From: Haplodiscus bocki
Taxonomy: Eukaryota
Direction: 5' to 3'
Assembly: GCA_965655095.1 (NCBI GenBank)
Contig: OZ296650.1
Coordinates: 119,102,001-119,166,000, forward strand
DNA length: 64,000 nt
Below the pieces are notes generated by a model, which was not told the origin of the DNA, searched no databases, and saw only the letters and a program-made list of their open reading frames with translations. This document shows, piece by piece, positions 1 to 15,200 of the stretch. Both the position numbers and the translations under genes were made by a program. Every line of letters starts with the position of its first letter. The stretch's first letter is position 1.

Positions 1-3000
1 CAGCAGAGGTTCAAGGTAACTATCCTAACTTCAAACGAGATTTAGCTTGAGAAAATTTTGTCAATTCAAAACTCCAGAAAAAGCCAGCCGTTGTTTGGAA
101 AATGCCATCTCAGAGCAGGAAGGTCCCAAAAAATGACAGCTAGGGTGATTAATAAAGAAATACGAATGTGGAAACAAATCTTTCAGAAAAGCCGTGTTTC
201 TTCGATAACTTTTGTCCGAAAATCGACCAAAAGATTTTTCCGAGCCCACGATCACATGAACACTGAGGAGATCTGAGGGTTGTTAGGAGTAACACACTCG
301 GTGCCATTCTCCAGCTGATAAGAGTCTCTGTCAAATTATCGCAAGTGCAAAAAAAATTGAAAATTGCTCTACATCTAAAGAACACATTGGCTAGACCACA
401 TATCTATGATCGGGCGTCCCTGAAAAGCTCGCGACTGCTTTTCCAGGCAATCCAGTGGGCGTCACGAAGCCAAGCTCACTTTAATTGTTTGTACAATAAG
501 ATGAAAAGTCTTGAGGAAACCCAAGTTTTGACAATTTTCGGCAATGAATCCTGGAGAAAAATTCATTCGAAGGCGCAACTTGCATCAAAACCCACTGCTG
601 AAAACATTCCGTAATCTGTTCTGCAATTCAGGTGATAATCATAACTTCGAGGAACGCTGAACGCGCTAAAGCTTAGACAATGCAGAAATTTGTTTGATAA
701 ATATTTTTTCTCAGAAAATTTTCAGCCAAAATCTTGTGGGAAAATCAGAAAACCTTGGCTAAAAACTGAATGCAACCGACGCTTCATATTCCATAGCCTA
801 ACCAGCATTGGAATGCCATACACGGGATATTAGGCCAGCGGAATGTGACAAACTAACTGTTGCCCACTGAAAAACTTGGGTTTTCAATTGTTTTCACCGA
901 AAACTCGCCGGCGAAAAATTTTCGTTAACCAAAAATTTCGACCTTGGTCAAATACGACGCTGCCAATGCAGCTAGGCAATGAGCAAATGGATCCTGCATA
1001 GGTGTTTGTAGAAAATGAGCGTCAAAGTTGACAAACGCAGTGGGCAATGTCGAATCTGTTCGAAAAAAAAATCAACTCAAATTTCAGTTTCTTTGACGAA
1101 AACTGACCGAAAAAAAATTTTGGTAAAAATTTTCACTGCAGACCGGTCAACTGAATGGTGTTCCTTCGTTTATTGCAATAACATTTGCATTTCCAAGTTT
1201 CCTGTAAAGACAACTCAAAAAATATACCCTTTGCCGTCTAAAAAAATCTCAAAATTGATTTTTTTCGCTAATAACTCGTCGAAAAAAACTTTCCGGCAGC
1301 CGAAACTTTGGAATATGATAGATCGTGAACCCGTCGCAGTGTTTATACAAAAATCGGATGAATCCGACCATTAGGTGCCCAAAAAATTAGATTTATAGAG
1401 ATGAAACGCAGAGGGATGTCACGGACGGGAAAAAGAAATCATTTTGACATGTCCTTGTGCGAATAGGCTTCGCTCTGCTCGCCTAAAAAAGCATTTCTGT
1501 GAGAGTATATTACAAGCTGCATGAAAAATTCAGAAAATCTCAACTGAGTTGAAAGCAGGAAAAAGGATTCGTCTGATAGTTTAAAAAATTGAAAATCATT
1601 CCACGTTGCCCTCTCGCCGCCCAATTATTGGCAAGCGAATGGTAACCCGCAGACAAGCTGTTTGACCACGTGGTGAAACTCAGTAATCGAGGACCACGGT
1701 GAAGTTCAACACCAATGTCTTGGATTTAAATCATATGCAATTTGCACGTCTAGAACAAACGGCCACGACCTCATTTGTAAAAAAATCTTCCACTTCAGCT
1801 TCGACATTTATAAAAAAGAAAAATGGGTTAAAAAATCAAGGAAATGACCAAAATAATACTTGATGTGTGGTCGCATAGTCATAGCAGCAACAGCTAGCGA
1901 GAAACGAGGATTCACGCAAAACTCAAAGAACGTGAGCATTTAAAGTCAGGGGTTAAACGGAAAAACTCACAGACGAAGCGGAACTCCACGACACATTCTT
2001 ACTTGTCAGTTGTTGAGATCAAAGATAAACAGGACACACCGAACAGATGCAGAGACATTTGAAAAGACTAACAGAGAAGAACGACAATTTTACAAAAACT
2101 ACGCCATCTGCCAATTTACCGTTGTTCGAAAAAACTGAAACAAGTAACTGACGCAGGGTCTCATACTCAGAAAGTTCATTTGTTATTTTTAATCGGCACT
2201 TTAACAAATTTTCTAAACAGTCCGACTATTACAGTACTCTGTTTATTTCTCCACAAGCATAGAACGTAACAAAAAGCCCGCAAGATAACAAATAATAGCA
2301 TCAGGAAAGAAAATTCGCAAAGGTTATTTTTCTGGATTAACCCTCTTAAAAACAGTTTTAAAAGTTTCTCGTCAGAGAAGTAAACATTTTCCGGAAAAGG
2401 AGTGCCTATAAATATTTTGAGCCTTGCGGGCGAGGAGGGGGGAGGTCCAACTTTGGCCGTTCTTGGCTTGTTTATACTTTGTAGTTTAGTCTACACAGCA
2501 GCTAAAATGGAAGATCACAAAAATTTTCGGTACTTGGTTTAGAAAAATTTTGCATTAGGATTCTTGTGATCTTGGATTTCGGGATTTTTTAATTCCTGTA
2601 CGTAATATATTACGTTTCCAAGCTTTGGGTTGCCCATTCCAGGTCAGTCGAGGGCTTATGACCCCAATTCTAAGCCTAGGAAGGGCATAAATAATTGCCC
2701 ACCGATGGAAAACAGCCAATTCAATCTCATGAAGTTTTCAATGTAGCAAAAGTTACAGAAAATGTTTGAAGTGAAAATGAAGTGGAGAATGCAGGTGCTC
2801 AAAAATAACTCTACTTATCAGGATTCCAATGAGGCATCTACTTAGTTAAGATAGGGAGATGGCCGCAATCCATCCAATAGTCTCCGAAAGAAAGAACTTT
2901 GAAAAAAAGACGCAAGTCACAAAAAGTTAGCCCTGACATTAACCTAGGACCCCGATACTAAACTGTAGAATTTCCTCGATCAAAGATGTCTTTAAAAAAA

Positions 3001-3097
3001 CAAAAGCCACTAATATTAGTCCGGAATTTTTTCTTCAAAAAAGCGCCCAATAATAAAAATGACTGGTACTGAAACTAAGCAAGAACGAGGAACTAAC

Positions 3098-3205
3098 TCT
3101 GTTGAAAGATATGTTGAGTTTATTGAGCTTTGGGGCTTTCGAGGACAACTCACTGAGTGGATACATATTGAAGAGAGCGTTGTTACTCAAATCCAAAACT
3201 TCCAG
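3098..3205 (-). CDS. NXF coding exon 8, leucine-rich repeats
   Basis: 108 nt; LxxLDLSNN and LxxLNISFN LRR motifs; TTTCAG acceptor, GTTAGT donor. Confidence 0.9.
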
Positions 3206-6200
3206 CTGAAACAAAATACTTCAGCTTATTTATGTTTGCTATATCCATTAAGCAGCTTCTGCATCAAACAGGAAGCGAAACGCCCCCCCCCCCCCCCCCC
3301 CGTTGCAAACACCAGCCAGACTTGATGTGAAGCGATGCAAAAATTCGTTGAAATGGATTCATTAGCTCAAAGTTTGACTTGCGATTAATGGGAAATCCAG
3401 TGCATTGCTATTGACATATATATCGGATCGGAAAACACAAAAATGTTTGTATCGGTACACGATGTATCGATTTACAAGATATTAGCAAAACATGAGTTTT
3501 ATATGCCTCAGAAAGCTTTAGTGCTGGCACTCTTTGGAATCTCAAGACATTCATACTCCAAATATTCACAATTTGGGTAACAAGGTTTGAGGCCACAAAT
3601 TCAGCAACTGTTTTTCAAACTTTGCTTATTTCATCATGCTGCAGACCTAGTCAACGCAATTTTTCTTTTTTGTAACTTTCGATGTTAACAAAGTTGGAAA
3701 CAAATCTGTCAGAACTGAAACTCTTTTTCGCACAAGGAATGAATTTGCTTTTCTTCGCAAACACAGACGAATGGATGAAATGTGATTTTTGAGTATACGG
3801 TTATCAAAATACGTTCCAAAAAAAAAGCAGGGAATGGCCTAAAATGACGCCGCGCGTACGGCACGAAAGACTAATGGCGATTCCGTTGTTTTTTGAAAAT
3901 TTTGACTTTTCCGACAAAATTTTGGTACAATCAGAACTTTCTCCTAAAGTGTTGGTCGAACAGGGCCGGAAAATTAGACGGTCCCCTTTTGTACGATATT
4001 TAACTGCCTGATTAAATCATTAGTTCAGACATTAGTGGTTTTCGGCTTTTGCAAAGCAAATTTCAATGTGTCAGGGGAGAATATCAAGAGAAAATTTCGG
4101 ACCGAAGTATTAGAAATCAGATGCTTCTTACCAAACAGTTGTACACTGGATGGAAATTTCACATTTTTTTCTTTGCATGCCCAACTCCTATCCATATCCT
4201 ATCTTCCCTAACCCCTTTAACCAAGTTGGAATAATCCCATTGTTTCCACAAGTTTGTGTCCATTCTCTTTCTTCCCATATCTGGGGAAAGGCCACACCCG
4301 TACCCGGATGCTCCCCAGTTTAGAACTAAATTCTTTTAATCACCTCGACCTCTATGATCTATGCTCGTTTTCTCAACGTCCATTAAATTAGAAGAAAAGG
4401 ATCCAAAAGTTGTTAACCTTTACCCTAGTATAAATATATTCACTGGGGAACAAAATTTTTTCAAACTTTGTGGGATTTTCACAATCTCACCGTCACTTAA
4501 ATGTTCCATAGGGTTTCCCACTACTCCGATGCTGCTTTGCTGTGTTTTGAAAAACTTCGAAAGACTTCTAAAAATGTCCCACGAAAAATGTTTATGTACA
4601 CACTAACAGAGGTCGCCAAATGTATTACGAGAAAAGCATTGAAGCGGGAAAAAAATAAAAACCGAGTAACCCTTAGACTAAGATATGTACAACAGATCCA
4701 TCCAAAAAATCTTTAAAATATTCTGGTTAATAAAAATATTAGCACACTTATATGAACAACACTGATCTCACAAGCTCAAAAGTTCTGGATTAGATTTTCA
4801 GCCCTCTTGCTAAAATTCACGGAGACTTTTAAAAGGCTAGTATAGCGAGTGTATCTTGAAAGCTTGCAAAAAAACTTCCATCAGTTACGTAAGCAACGAG
4901 CAACAACTGAAGATTAAGTGGGCATTCACTAACTTCAGGAATATTAGCTCCGATTATTTTGCATATTGCACTGCCGATTGTTTTTTGAGATATGAAAAAT
5001 TTCTTGAGGCCCACTCCAGGTCCGTCTTGCTTCTCCAGAAAATTTGACATGTCCAGAAACTTGGTCTCCGCTTTGTAAAACTGACTCATTAATTCCTGAA
5101 ACAATACACTTACGTAATACTCATTAAATCGCTATTCCAGTATTCTATCACAGGCCCACACTTAGTTCAAATACTGTATACAGAATGTATCTATTATTGG
5201 ATGGAATTGGAAATCCATTACGCGCGCCACTCTGCTCCCAGGCCAATCTGATATCTTTGGCACCTGTTGTACACTAATGTGTGAAAAAAAATTCAACGTC
5301 CACTCACATTTTAATACCGGGTGAAGTCCACATAAAATCAGTGCTGTTTGAGGTTTCATAATTTGCAGCGCTGAGTTCAGAGAATATTTAAAAAACCAGC
5401 ACTGATCAAGTCTAATTCAGAGCTGATCAGCCGCGATTTTCTCCCAATCAGCGATGTTCAGAAATGACAAAATCAACTGATCAGCGCTGTTTCAGAGAAA
5501 ATCAGCTCTGAATCACTCCTGATTTTTTAGCTCTCTAAAATTGTGGTTTCAACGCTGATGTTCTTTGAATCAGCTCTGATATCTAGCACATGTAAATGAG
5601 AACATTAAAATCTGATAATTTTGTCAAAAAGTGATGGACACGCATAAAGTTGCTATCAAATGGCATTCCACGTATTTAAAAAAAAGTAAAGAAACCCGGT
5701 ATACCGTATTTATTTGAAAAAAAGCCGCGGCTTTTAATTATTTCACCAGCAAAGCTACTTTCATTCTTAAAACGATTGCAATTGATTGCAGCTTTTGTTC
5801 GAATAAATACGGTAGAATTTCTACAGATACCGAAAAAAACTTCAGGAAGAAAAGTTTTTTCAGAATTTTAACAAGTTCTCACTATTTGTACTTCCCAGTA
5901 CTGTTCTCGGACTGATGAAACGTAACCTTGCCATTCCAGTTCATCTATATATCGCTATTGCAAATCTGAAAACAAAGATCTTTTCTGTTAACCCCACTCC
6001 TCCCCCCACCACACCAAAATGCATTTGCGAAACAATTAGCGTTATAATGGTTCAACTCACCATTAACTCAGTAAATGTTAGTCAGTAAATCGGAGAAGAG
6101 TTCGTTTCTGCGTGGGGGGGGGGGGTGAATTTCCGGTTGGGCTTGGGAAATAACAGAGAAGAATAAAGAACGTACCATCAATTTTTTCTCTTCTTCAGGT

Positions 6201-9200
6201 GGAAGGCTTCGGTCTCCAAACCAGGGCCTGCAGAAAATTGGCATCTGAAAAAAAGAAACTGATTCTTTCCTATCCTATCAATTTTTCACTTCTTGATATA
6301 ACTAATAATTCAAATTAAAATCAGTCTGAGTCCCAAAAAGCTAGGCTTAAGGCTTATTAAGAAATCGATTCGAGATATGAATCAAGGATAATTAGTGTTA
6401 ATCGCAAGAAAAAACGAATTACAGACTGCGGGGCTCTAATAACAGAGCAAATGAAGTTTTAGAAGACGTTTCTAAACAAAAGGTTTTATCTGATGCAACA
6501 ACAAATACTACAGTCACGTCAAAAAGTAACCGAATTGAGCACCATACAATCGAAGGCCAAAACACATTTTTCAGCAGGGGATCTCTCAGAGTATAGTGAA
6601 TTTCTCGAAAAATGACAGCTACAAAAGTTTCTTAGAATTTCTCCTAGTTTAAAATGATTTTCGTCTGAAATCTGTCACCACAATTAAAATAGTTCGAAAC
6701 ACGGTTTATCCATGACTTTTGCCTTTTTGAAAAACTAGTTCCAGAATATCCGATCATTGACTCAAATTTGCAAATACTTTCAGGGGAGTTTTCTGTAGAT
6801 TCGAGTTTTTTCCAAATTTTAGTTTGACCATCCGGGGGCTTCATTTATACTGGAGAAATATCCGGGCACATCAAAACATTCGACACCAAAAAACAGTAAA
6901 ATTTTTGATAGTTTAATATTATTTGAAACATTTTGCGAGAAAAGCCCAAATATTTGCACCACAAAAATCAATTTTTTTTCAAGCATGTCTCGCTTAGTAG
7001 GGGTGTAGTTGAGCTAATTATTAAAATTATTTGCTATTGTTCACTTCAGCTAACATTCCAGAGCAATGTGTGCGGCCATACGTCTACGTTATCCTGTAAG
7101 AAAGTCTTGTAAGAAAGTCTCAGAAGCGTACACTGTTAGTAGCTTGCATTGCTAAACCGCACGGAGAAAGTTGCGTAAGTTCTACTACTAAAGACTTGGT
7201 GAGCAAAGAAACAGTATCAAATAGGAGACGAATTATTACAATATACGGAAATGGCAATCAGTTTAACAGATGTATAAGTGCACAAGATAAGGTGAAATTT
7301 CGGAAGGGTGGGATGATTTGGGGAGATATTTGAGGAGCCATATTTCATGAAGTCAAGCAACAATTTCCCCAAGTTACATTTTGAAGTTCAGAATTATGAA
7401 TCGCATCTGTAAATTATCATCTCTAATATATCCGGCATCAAAAAATTATCGACAAAACTGTATTATATCCTTTAAGTATCCATCATTGTCCCTGTCAAGA
7501 ATATCCGGTGTATATCCAGATCAGAATATAAGAGGGCTCTTTCATTTGACTAATCAACGAAACTTTTAACTGCTGGTTTGGTAAGTCAATTCCATTTCCT
7601 GTATTATCTTATTAATTTCATAAGTCAAATTTAAATAGCAAATAAAGAAACTGTGCTAATCAATTTGAGTATTTATCCCAGAAATTTTAAATATTGAGCT
7701 GTTCATTTATCGTCGAATCTTCTCCAGGTTAGTTTGAACCTTTCTTCACATTAAATTTTATAACTGCGCGTTTCCAACGCCATAACCAATAATTTTGCAA
7801 ATACAGAAAAGTCAATACTTTCTAAATCATCGAGATCTTTCTAAAGAGGAAACAAAATTGACGTTCCAATAGCTGTTTGTTCATGGCCTGGTTACACTTT
7901 TCAAAATATTGAACAATTGTTTTGATAAAGTTAAAAAAAATCCGGTCAGTTAATAAAACATCAATCACCCCACCCCTTCCTTCGCAGATACGATATTGAA
8001 AACTTTTTCAATCGAATCCAGTATTTAACTGAAAATTGAATCAGTTTGAGGAGAAAGTTCAGCAATTTTCTAAATTTTGCTCACGGTTCTGATACCGTAT
8101 ATGTACAACGATAGCTTGATTTAAATTTTTCAACTTTGCAAATTACGGGTACACCTGAAAAAAAACTGAAGGACGCGCAATGAAGTTTGCAGCCATTTTT
8201 CGTATTATGAATTAAAGTGAAGAGAAAAATTCATAACTGAAACAAAAATTAATCGGTCTACAAACATAACAAACATGATACGTAAGTATCAACGAACCTT
8301 TCTCCCTCTGCAATTTTTCAACTGTCCTGACAACCTCTCCAATTTGCGGGACAGATCCTCGGATGAAACAACAAACTCAATATGGTTCTCTGGAGTGTTA
8401 ATCTAAAACGAACATTTCAAAGTTTATCACTTTCCATCCTGGCTACCCTAACACTGTTAGGCTAACGGTTACCGTGTTTCTTTGAACAAAAGACGCGTCT
8501 TTTATTGTCATTCTTGCACAAATATTGCGTCTTCTTTTCGAGAGCGTCCTGCATTGCTCCCTGAATTCATTTTTCCGAATGATGGATATTACACGTACAA
8601 TTTTATGAACTATTAAAACTTCCTCATGTATCACATCAATCATTATGCTATACAGTCAAAACCAGTTATTCACACAACGGCAATGCTGTAAATTTTCTGT
8701 CTTCACCGATTTGTGATTTGAAAACTTTATGTGAAAGTCTCAAAACGACGTTTTGAGGAAAGCACTCCATTTTGAGATATAGAAACCACATAGCTTTTAA
8801 ATTCAGAGCGTACTTTGAAAACTACCGGAAAAATATATACCAGTATAATAGCGAGGTATGAAAGGATAAAGATGAAACTTGTGGTAAGGTCTGTCGGATT
8901 AAGCCCAAGTCTTCCTCAACGATCATTTACTTAAGGTTTGCATACGTATATCTTATACTTCGTCAAGGGTTATGTTATGTCTTCAGATTTGAGCTCTGAA
9001 TGCAATTAAGAGCCGGTTAGCTTATGTGACTAACACGGTCGCTTTAATTCTCAACAAGACAACGAGCTCCAAAATTTGCTGTCGTGTTTGTATCACGTCA
9101 GCCTCCCCTCCTCCACAATAGTGTTCATTGAGGATTCGACCCCAATATATATAGCGGAATTTTGAAAACGTAAATCTTTTATGCGGATAAACGTACTCAC

Positions 9201-12200
9201 GTTAGAGTACGCGTCGTTTTTTTTGGCTAATATTCCGGCGATCCCGCCCATGGCTCACCTTCTTTGCAAAAAGAATTCGCCTTGCAATGCTTGGTGACGT
9301 AGTTTGAAAATCATAAATGAATTCTTCCAATTGTCTCGGATTTCGGATTTCATTGTGTCTGATCTTCGTATAAACAACAGTGGGGAAAAGGAGGGTATGA
9401 TGCGCCGCAAGTTTTAATTGCAAGCGCACTGGACGACATACAATAGTGTAAGGAAAAAACTAAACAAATACGACTTCGAACAATACTGTATAGTCACCGC
9501 TGACGTTCTCAATTGTGGAGGCGACAAGCAATCACGCGGCATCTAAGAGCATTTCCGAAACCTCCGAACGATCTGACTTCCCGTGTCAAATATCTCTTCT
9601 GTCCCAAAAATCATGTCGCCAAAACGAGTGAACAAAACAATTCCGATCATGGTTGCTAATGTATATCCTGTAAAAACAGAGTCAAGGAGGAAACAATCAC
9701 CACTTGCACTTGTCAAGGTGTTTTGCAATTGACTAACAAATGTACTGGATTCGAAAAAAGTCTTTTGACATCCTGGCTGAATTGAAAAATAACATGGTCT
9801 TGGGTTCACTTTCGTATCTCGGAGCTATGCCATCTCCAAACTCTGATTCATGAGATTGAAACAATCTCTTTGCAACGGCAGGGCGTCGAACCAGCTCGAC
9901 AAACACTTCTCAGCGTCTGTATCCAGGCCGTGTACTTGGTCCGTGGAGAGGTTCTGTCGAACCATTTGCTTCTCATATTTCAATCTTTTTCCGCCCTCGA
10001 TTAACTTTGTCTTGCTCGCTTTCTGCTTCAATAATATCGATTTAATAAAGGAGAGAACAGACCCTAACAGTTCGATCGCGCAAATTCATGAGTCCGAACG
10101 GATAAGAGCAAGATGTTTAGGCATTTTCGCCTCGTGGGACGGGAAAATATTTCGCTACATACTCCAATTTTCAGATAATTGACTTCAAAATAATTGATTT
10201 GATTAGTCGTTCCTTTGCCTGAACTTTATAAATTTAGTCACTAGATCAAATTTAGGATCTTGGAATGAAGGACTCACTATTTCAATGCAATGAGTCAGGT
10301 TTATCGATTCGAAAAACCATAATTGGTTTGGAAGGTTTTTAAAAATAATCTTAAACGAAAGTGGATCAAAATCCGTATTATGCAGTTTGTGTGTTAAGGA
10401 AATGTAATTAACTGAGGTTTTTCATTTTATTAAAAAGCCGGGACCTCACAATTGAGTGTTATTAGGGCGACGTGGGATCACGCGATTTCTGCTGTATTCA
10501 TAGTGAGTGCAGTCAATGAAAACCCCCGACCAGCACCATAAATATCCCAAATGAGAACTTTATTACTTTGTTGAGTTCGAAGGAGCTGAATGTGTAGCCG
10601 TACAAAGAGTCTGCTATACGAGAAAACATCAATTTTGATGGCTACTCCATATGATGTGACGTATTGACAATTCATCAGTGTCTCAAAATTCATTGAAAAT
10701 ATTTTCCCCTTTATTTACTCCAAGATATCTCATGGGTCTTTACCAGTATCACTCCAAATTGCAATGAGCTGAGTCATAGCTTCTCAATGAATCACTAATT
10801 TGTCACATTTTTACCATGACTCAACACAAAAAGTTGGTAAGAATAGTCTGAAAGTCAAATTTTCGTCAAAGTATTCGTTTTTTGGGAGGAGCGTAACTTT
10901 TCTGCAGGAGGTTTGGGGGAGATTCTGGAAAAGACCCAACTCACATTCAAGCACGTCTCATATTCACAGAAATACGATAAATAAATCAATTTCAGATCAG
11001 GTAAAATAAGGACTCTGTCATGACTAACATTAGTGGCATTCAAGGGAGATCCCACTTTCTGCTCCAGTGACTGCATTAGCTCCATCTGGTCCTCATCTTT
11101 TGCATTCACAATCTAAATCATAAAGACTATGGATGCAAATGCAAAATTTTTAAACAGTATTACACAACTGAGGAACACCTTACCTATTGTCCGAGTGAAA
11201 AAATCAGACCAAAATTGAAACAAGACGCCCAGCAACCACCGGGAGTTTTTTCGCCTCCTAACAATTAGAAAATAAGCGTTCTATACAAACTTCACCATTT
11301 TAAACGCATTCTACAGCAAATCTTGCCATATCGTTTTCAAAAAATACTATTTTTTTTCCGAAAACAGAGGCGAAGCAAAACTTCGCAACACATTCTGACG
11401 TGTCAGTTGAGATGATGGATCTCGAAAGACATTTGAAAACATTATCAGAGATCTGATTGAAAGTTTTGAAAAATACTATTCCAGCTCTCAATCAAGAGTT
11501 CGTTCAAAGAAGTCGCGTAAAAAAGATGCTCGCAGCTAGTGGATGATTTTCTTCCCATGTTGAAATATGGCGGAAAATAACAGTATTTTGTCAAAAATGG
11601 CAATCGCAATGAAAAGACCTGAATCACTAAAACCACTCAGAGTAGCTACCGATTTAAGTGATGTCCCGCACATTTTTTTTTCACTGTAACTCTCTGACTC
11701 CATAATTTTACTAGGATACTGCTCTTTTTAATTGGAATTTTGAATACGTTCTCTCAACTAGGAAAATAGTGTTTTCATATAAATCGCGCAGCAACTATGT
11801 ATAATGTATGGATCGATTCAAAATCAATTGAACACATTAACCCATTCATTTCAACGCTAAATTCATTATATCTTCATTCTTGAAAAAAAATCGAAGTAGC
11901 ATGAAATTTTAATACGAAATATTGTAACGTCATTACGGTAGCCGACTATAAGTTACCGTTAGTAATGAAGCTGCGCTCAGAAGTAGCAGCCGCTGTTGGA
12001 ATTTGTAGAAACTTTCTTTCAAGTTTTACTGAGCGAGAAAAATATTTCCCCATTTTTACCAACGGAGGGTGCTGGATTTCGCATCCTCAGGGACGCAATT
12101 TTTTTCTGATGAACAGGATAAACTTTCGAGTGAGTTGAAAGTTCCTAAACCAGCTCAGCAACGGATTTGTCCGTCCTCTGACCATTTCCGTTTTAGATGA

Positions 12201-15200
12201 AGTGAATTCCAGCAGCATTTGTGCTAATTTCGTCTTCAGAAAATCTGGGTAATTCCGTGTGTAATTACTTGGCAAATTCTCTGAGAAAAACTAACACCGT
12301 GGATTTTTTTACGGATGGTTTAGAGTTCAAATCTTATTTCTTCCAAAATTTGAGGCTTAAGTCATCTCGCATGCTGTGAACCATTATCATTATGAAATTT
12401 TGGGACTAAATTTCGAACAATGGATTTCAAAGCTTGTGTCTTTCAATTTTTTTCAAGAAAAATGACATCAACCAGATGTGTTTGTGAAAATCACAAAGTG
12501 CATGTAAAACTTAGACTCAACGCTGTAATTACAAGAAGTTTCTAAAATTGTTTCAATCAGACTTTGAGTTGCCAACAAAGCTGTGCAAGCTTGCAGCACT
12601 AGGCTTCTTAGTCCGCTTTGATTTGAGTTGAAACATATGAATCAAGGATGGTTGGCATAAACCGCGAAGGAATAAGCATAATCAAAATAAAAAGGAAGTG
12701 AGCCAATTTCACGTTAACTTATAATTTTGGGAAAAAATATCCTGAAAAAAATAGACAAAATTTGAATTATTTAGCAGCCAGACGAAAGCGAAATGCAATA
12801 CTTAGCATCAACGCGACGGAGAACGAGAGTAAATGGAGATGTTCACTTGTTCGACGGAATCAATCACAACGGATGATATTCACATCCACAACTTGAGAGC
12901 CTCCTAAATTCATTCCCCTTTCGTTCTGAAGCCCTACCCGAGCAACGTCGTAGTCAGAAATTTGCGAAAAAAAAGAAAGCAATAGGCCTTATATACACCA
13001 TTGTTTCAATTGGTATTCGATCCCGGACCCAGAATTTAATGCTGGATGTGACACCTTTGTTCTAACCTGAGCCAAATGGGAATTTACTACGACAGCTTCC
13101 ACTATTCGCGACTAGCTAATACTTTAAACCTGAATATAGATTATAAAAACAACTAACCTTGACTAGATAGCCTAGCGGTCTTATTGGCTTGCTCTGATGA
13201 TTTGGACCACCGCGTCGGTGTGAGCTAAAAACGACGACATTTCACATACATTCAAATATTTAGAATGACGAGGAAGAAAAGGCCGTTCAATGAAACATAA
13301 ACCTAAAACAAATGGTAACGATCTCCCGAGCTAGAAAGTTCCAAAACATGGAAAAATTTAAAAATGTTCGGCAGAACCGCATTATTGGCATCTTACAAAA
13401 TAACAATCTTGAACAGAAAAGCCCTTAGAAAGCCCCCCGCCCCAAGTTGGCCCCTTCAGTAGCGTTCAAAAAATCTAATGACGGACCCTTTTTGAAGCTT
13501 TGAAAGGTTCATTGTGCACCAAGTTTTTTAAATTTTCTGCAAAACTTTGACTCACAAAACCGGATCAATTCTTCGCAGAGATCGAAAAAACGACGATAGG
13601 TCACGCATATAATTGGTCTTGTGAGCAGGCCATCTGAATTGAATTACTTAACAAAGTATGAATGAATTTGTGTCAAGATGGAAAGAACGATATCGAGAGT
13701 TTCGGCCTTCTTTATTCGAAATGTTTACAGAAATGCTCACCTGTTGAAACCTCTTTTCGCTATTCTAGAGCCTCCGCGGTTGTTAAAAGAAGGCGTGTAG
13801 CCCCCATAGTCGTTGTCAGAGCCTGACCTTCCACCACGCTGCCATTTGGGAGAACCCCTTCCGCGGGATCGAAAACTGCCACCTTCATGAAAAAAAACTA
13901 CGATTATTTTTCAAAAATAATATCTGGAGCATATCAAGTGTTATCCGCATAAGTAACAAACAAATGAAATTCAAATCAAATGTCATCATGGGCTCTCGTT
14001 AATAAGTATCTCATGATGATGTACCTCAGCCCACCGAAAAACAGACTTTCCAAAGCAAAACATGGGAAAAGGAAACATTCAATTTCATTTTTTGAATTGC
14101 ATGCAGAAAAAACCCTGAAACAATATCAAACTTAGTAATCCTTGAGGGTCTTCTCCAATTCCCACATCATCAAAGGATTTTCAAATTTCAAAGATACTAG
14201 GCCATGAACTCTTGAGAAAAGTAGGGCTAAAGGTGCTCTATTTGCACCAGGGATTCCGCAAAAATAATTGCAAAATAAATAATTGCCATAATTTATTTTT
14301 GTACATTTTCCCTCAAAAATTATTTAATTGGGAAAATTTTATTGCAATTATTTATGGGGCAAGATGCAGAATGTTTTTCAGATTTGATCCATAATTTTTG
14401 TGAATGCCATTGAAACCTTATGATAGCAAGAACTTAATTGTCCTATGAAGTGTATTCTGAAAGCTCCAAACACATGTGAAAGACATTTTTAGGAAGTTAA
14501 AGGCTAAATTCGAAATAAATTTTTGAACCTTGGTGACATTTTTTTATGCTTGATAGGGTATTAAAGCACTAGTCAGAATTATTTTTCGAAATTTCAAAAT
14601 TATTTCTGGTGCAACTATTGCAAAAATTTAGGGAACGTTGATTTTAAGGGCAATCATTTAGTGCCTTATGTTCAATATTATTATTTTTGCGAAATTCCTG
14701 ATTTGCAAATGATTCACTAAAATATTCTTTTCGAATGTTGCCGTTTGATTCGATCAGCAAAATAGAATGAAAAACTTCAGAAATTCAAATAGAGTCTACA
14801 ATTAATGTTTCTTCCTCCCCTTTCATACCGACTTCTTTGAGAAATGAAAGAGTCTGCTTGAAGCAATTGTATACAATTATGATTCCTTGAAAAACATTCC
14901 TGTCAATTAGTGATTGCTCAATGCAGAAGATGCAGCTTAAATCATGTTCATTAATCCGAGAAATACACAAACGCAAAAAATGGGGACACACAATCAATAA
15001 GCATTCAACTTTGCGGTAACAAACGTTCTGTTGACCACTAAATTTCAGGTGACGATTCATTCCGGCGAGAACTTATCGATTCTCAAAGCGCCAAAAATTT
15101 GCAGACGATTCACAGAGCCCAGACAATAACTTCGGAGCTTTAAAAAGTCTGGAGCTTTTCAGCGCACTGGGAAGTCACGAAATTCAAAAAGTTAACTGAG

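Noticed and set aside
1-3090. Short ORFs and the expected next NXF exon (LxELxLxGNP)
   Set aside because: No convincing phase-0 exon or recognisable domain found by manual scan; left unannotated.
10815-10925. Open candidate exon NLPQTSCRKVTLL... with AG/GT ends
   Set aside because: No NXF similarity and it ends in phase 2; the 11029 exon joins the 8402 exon cleanly in phase 0.
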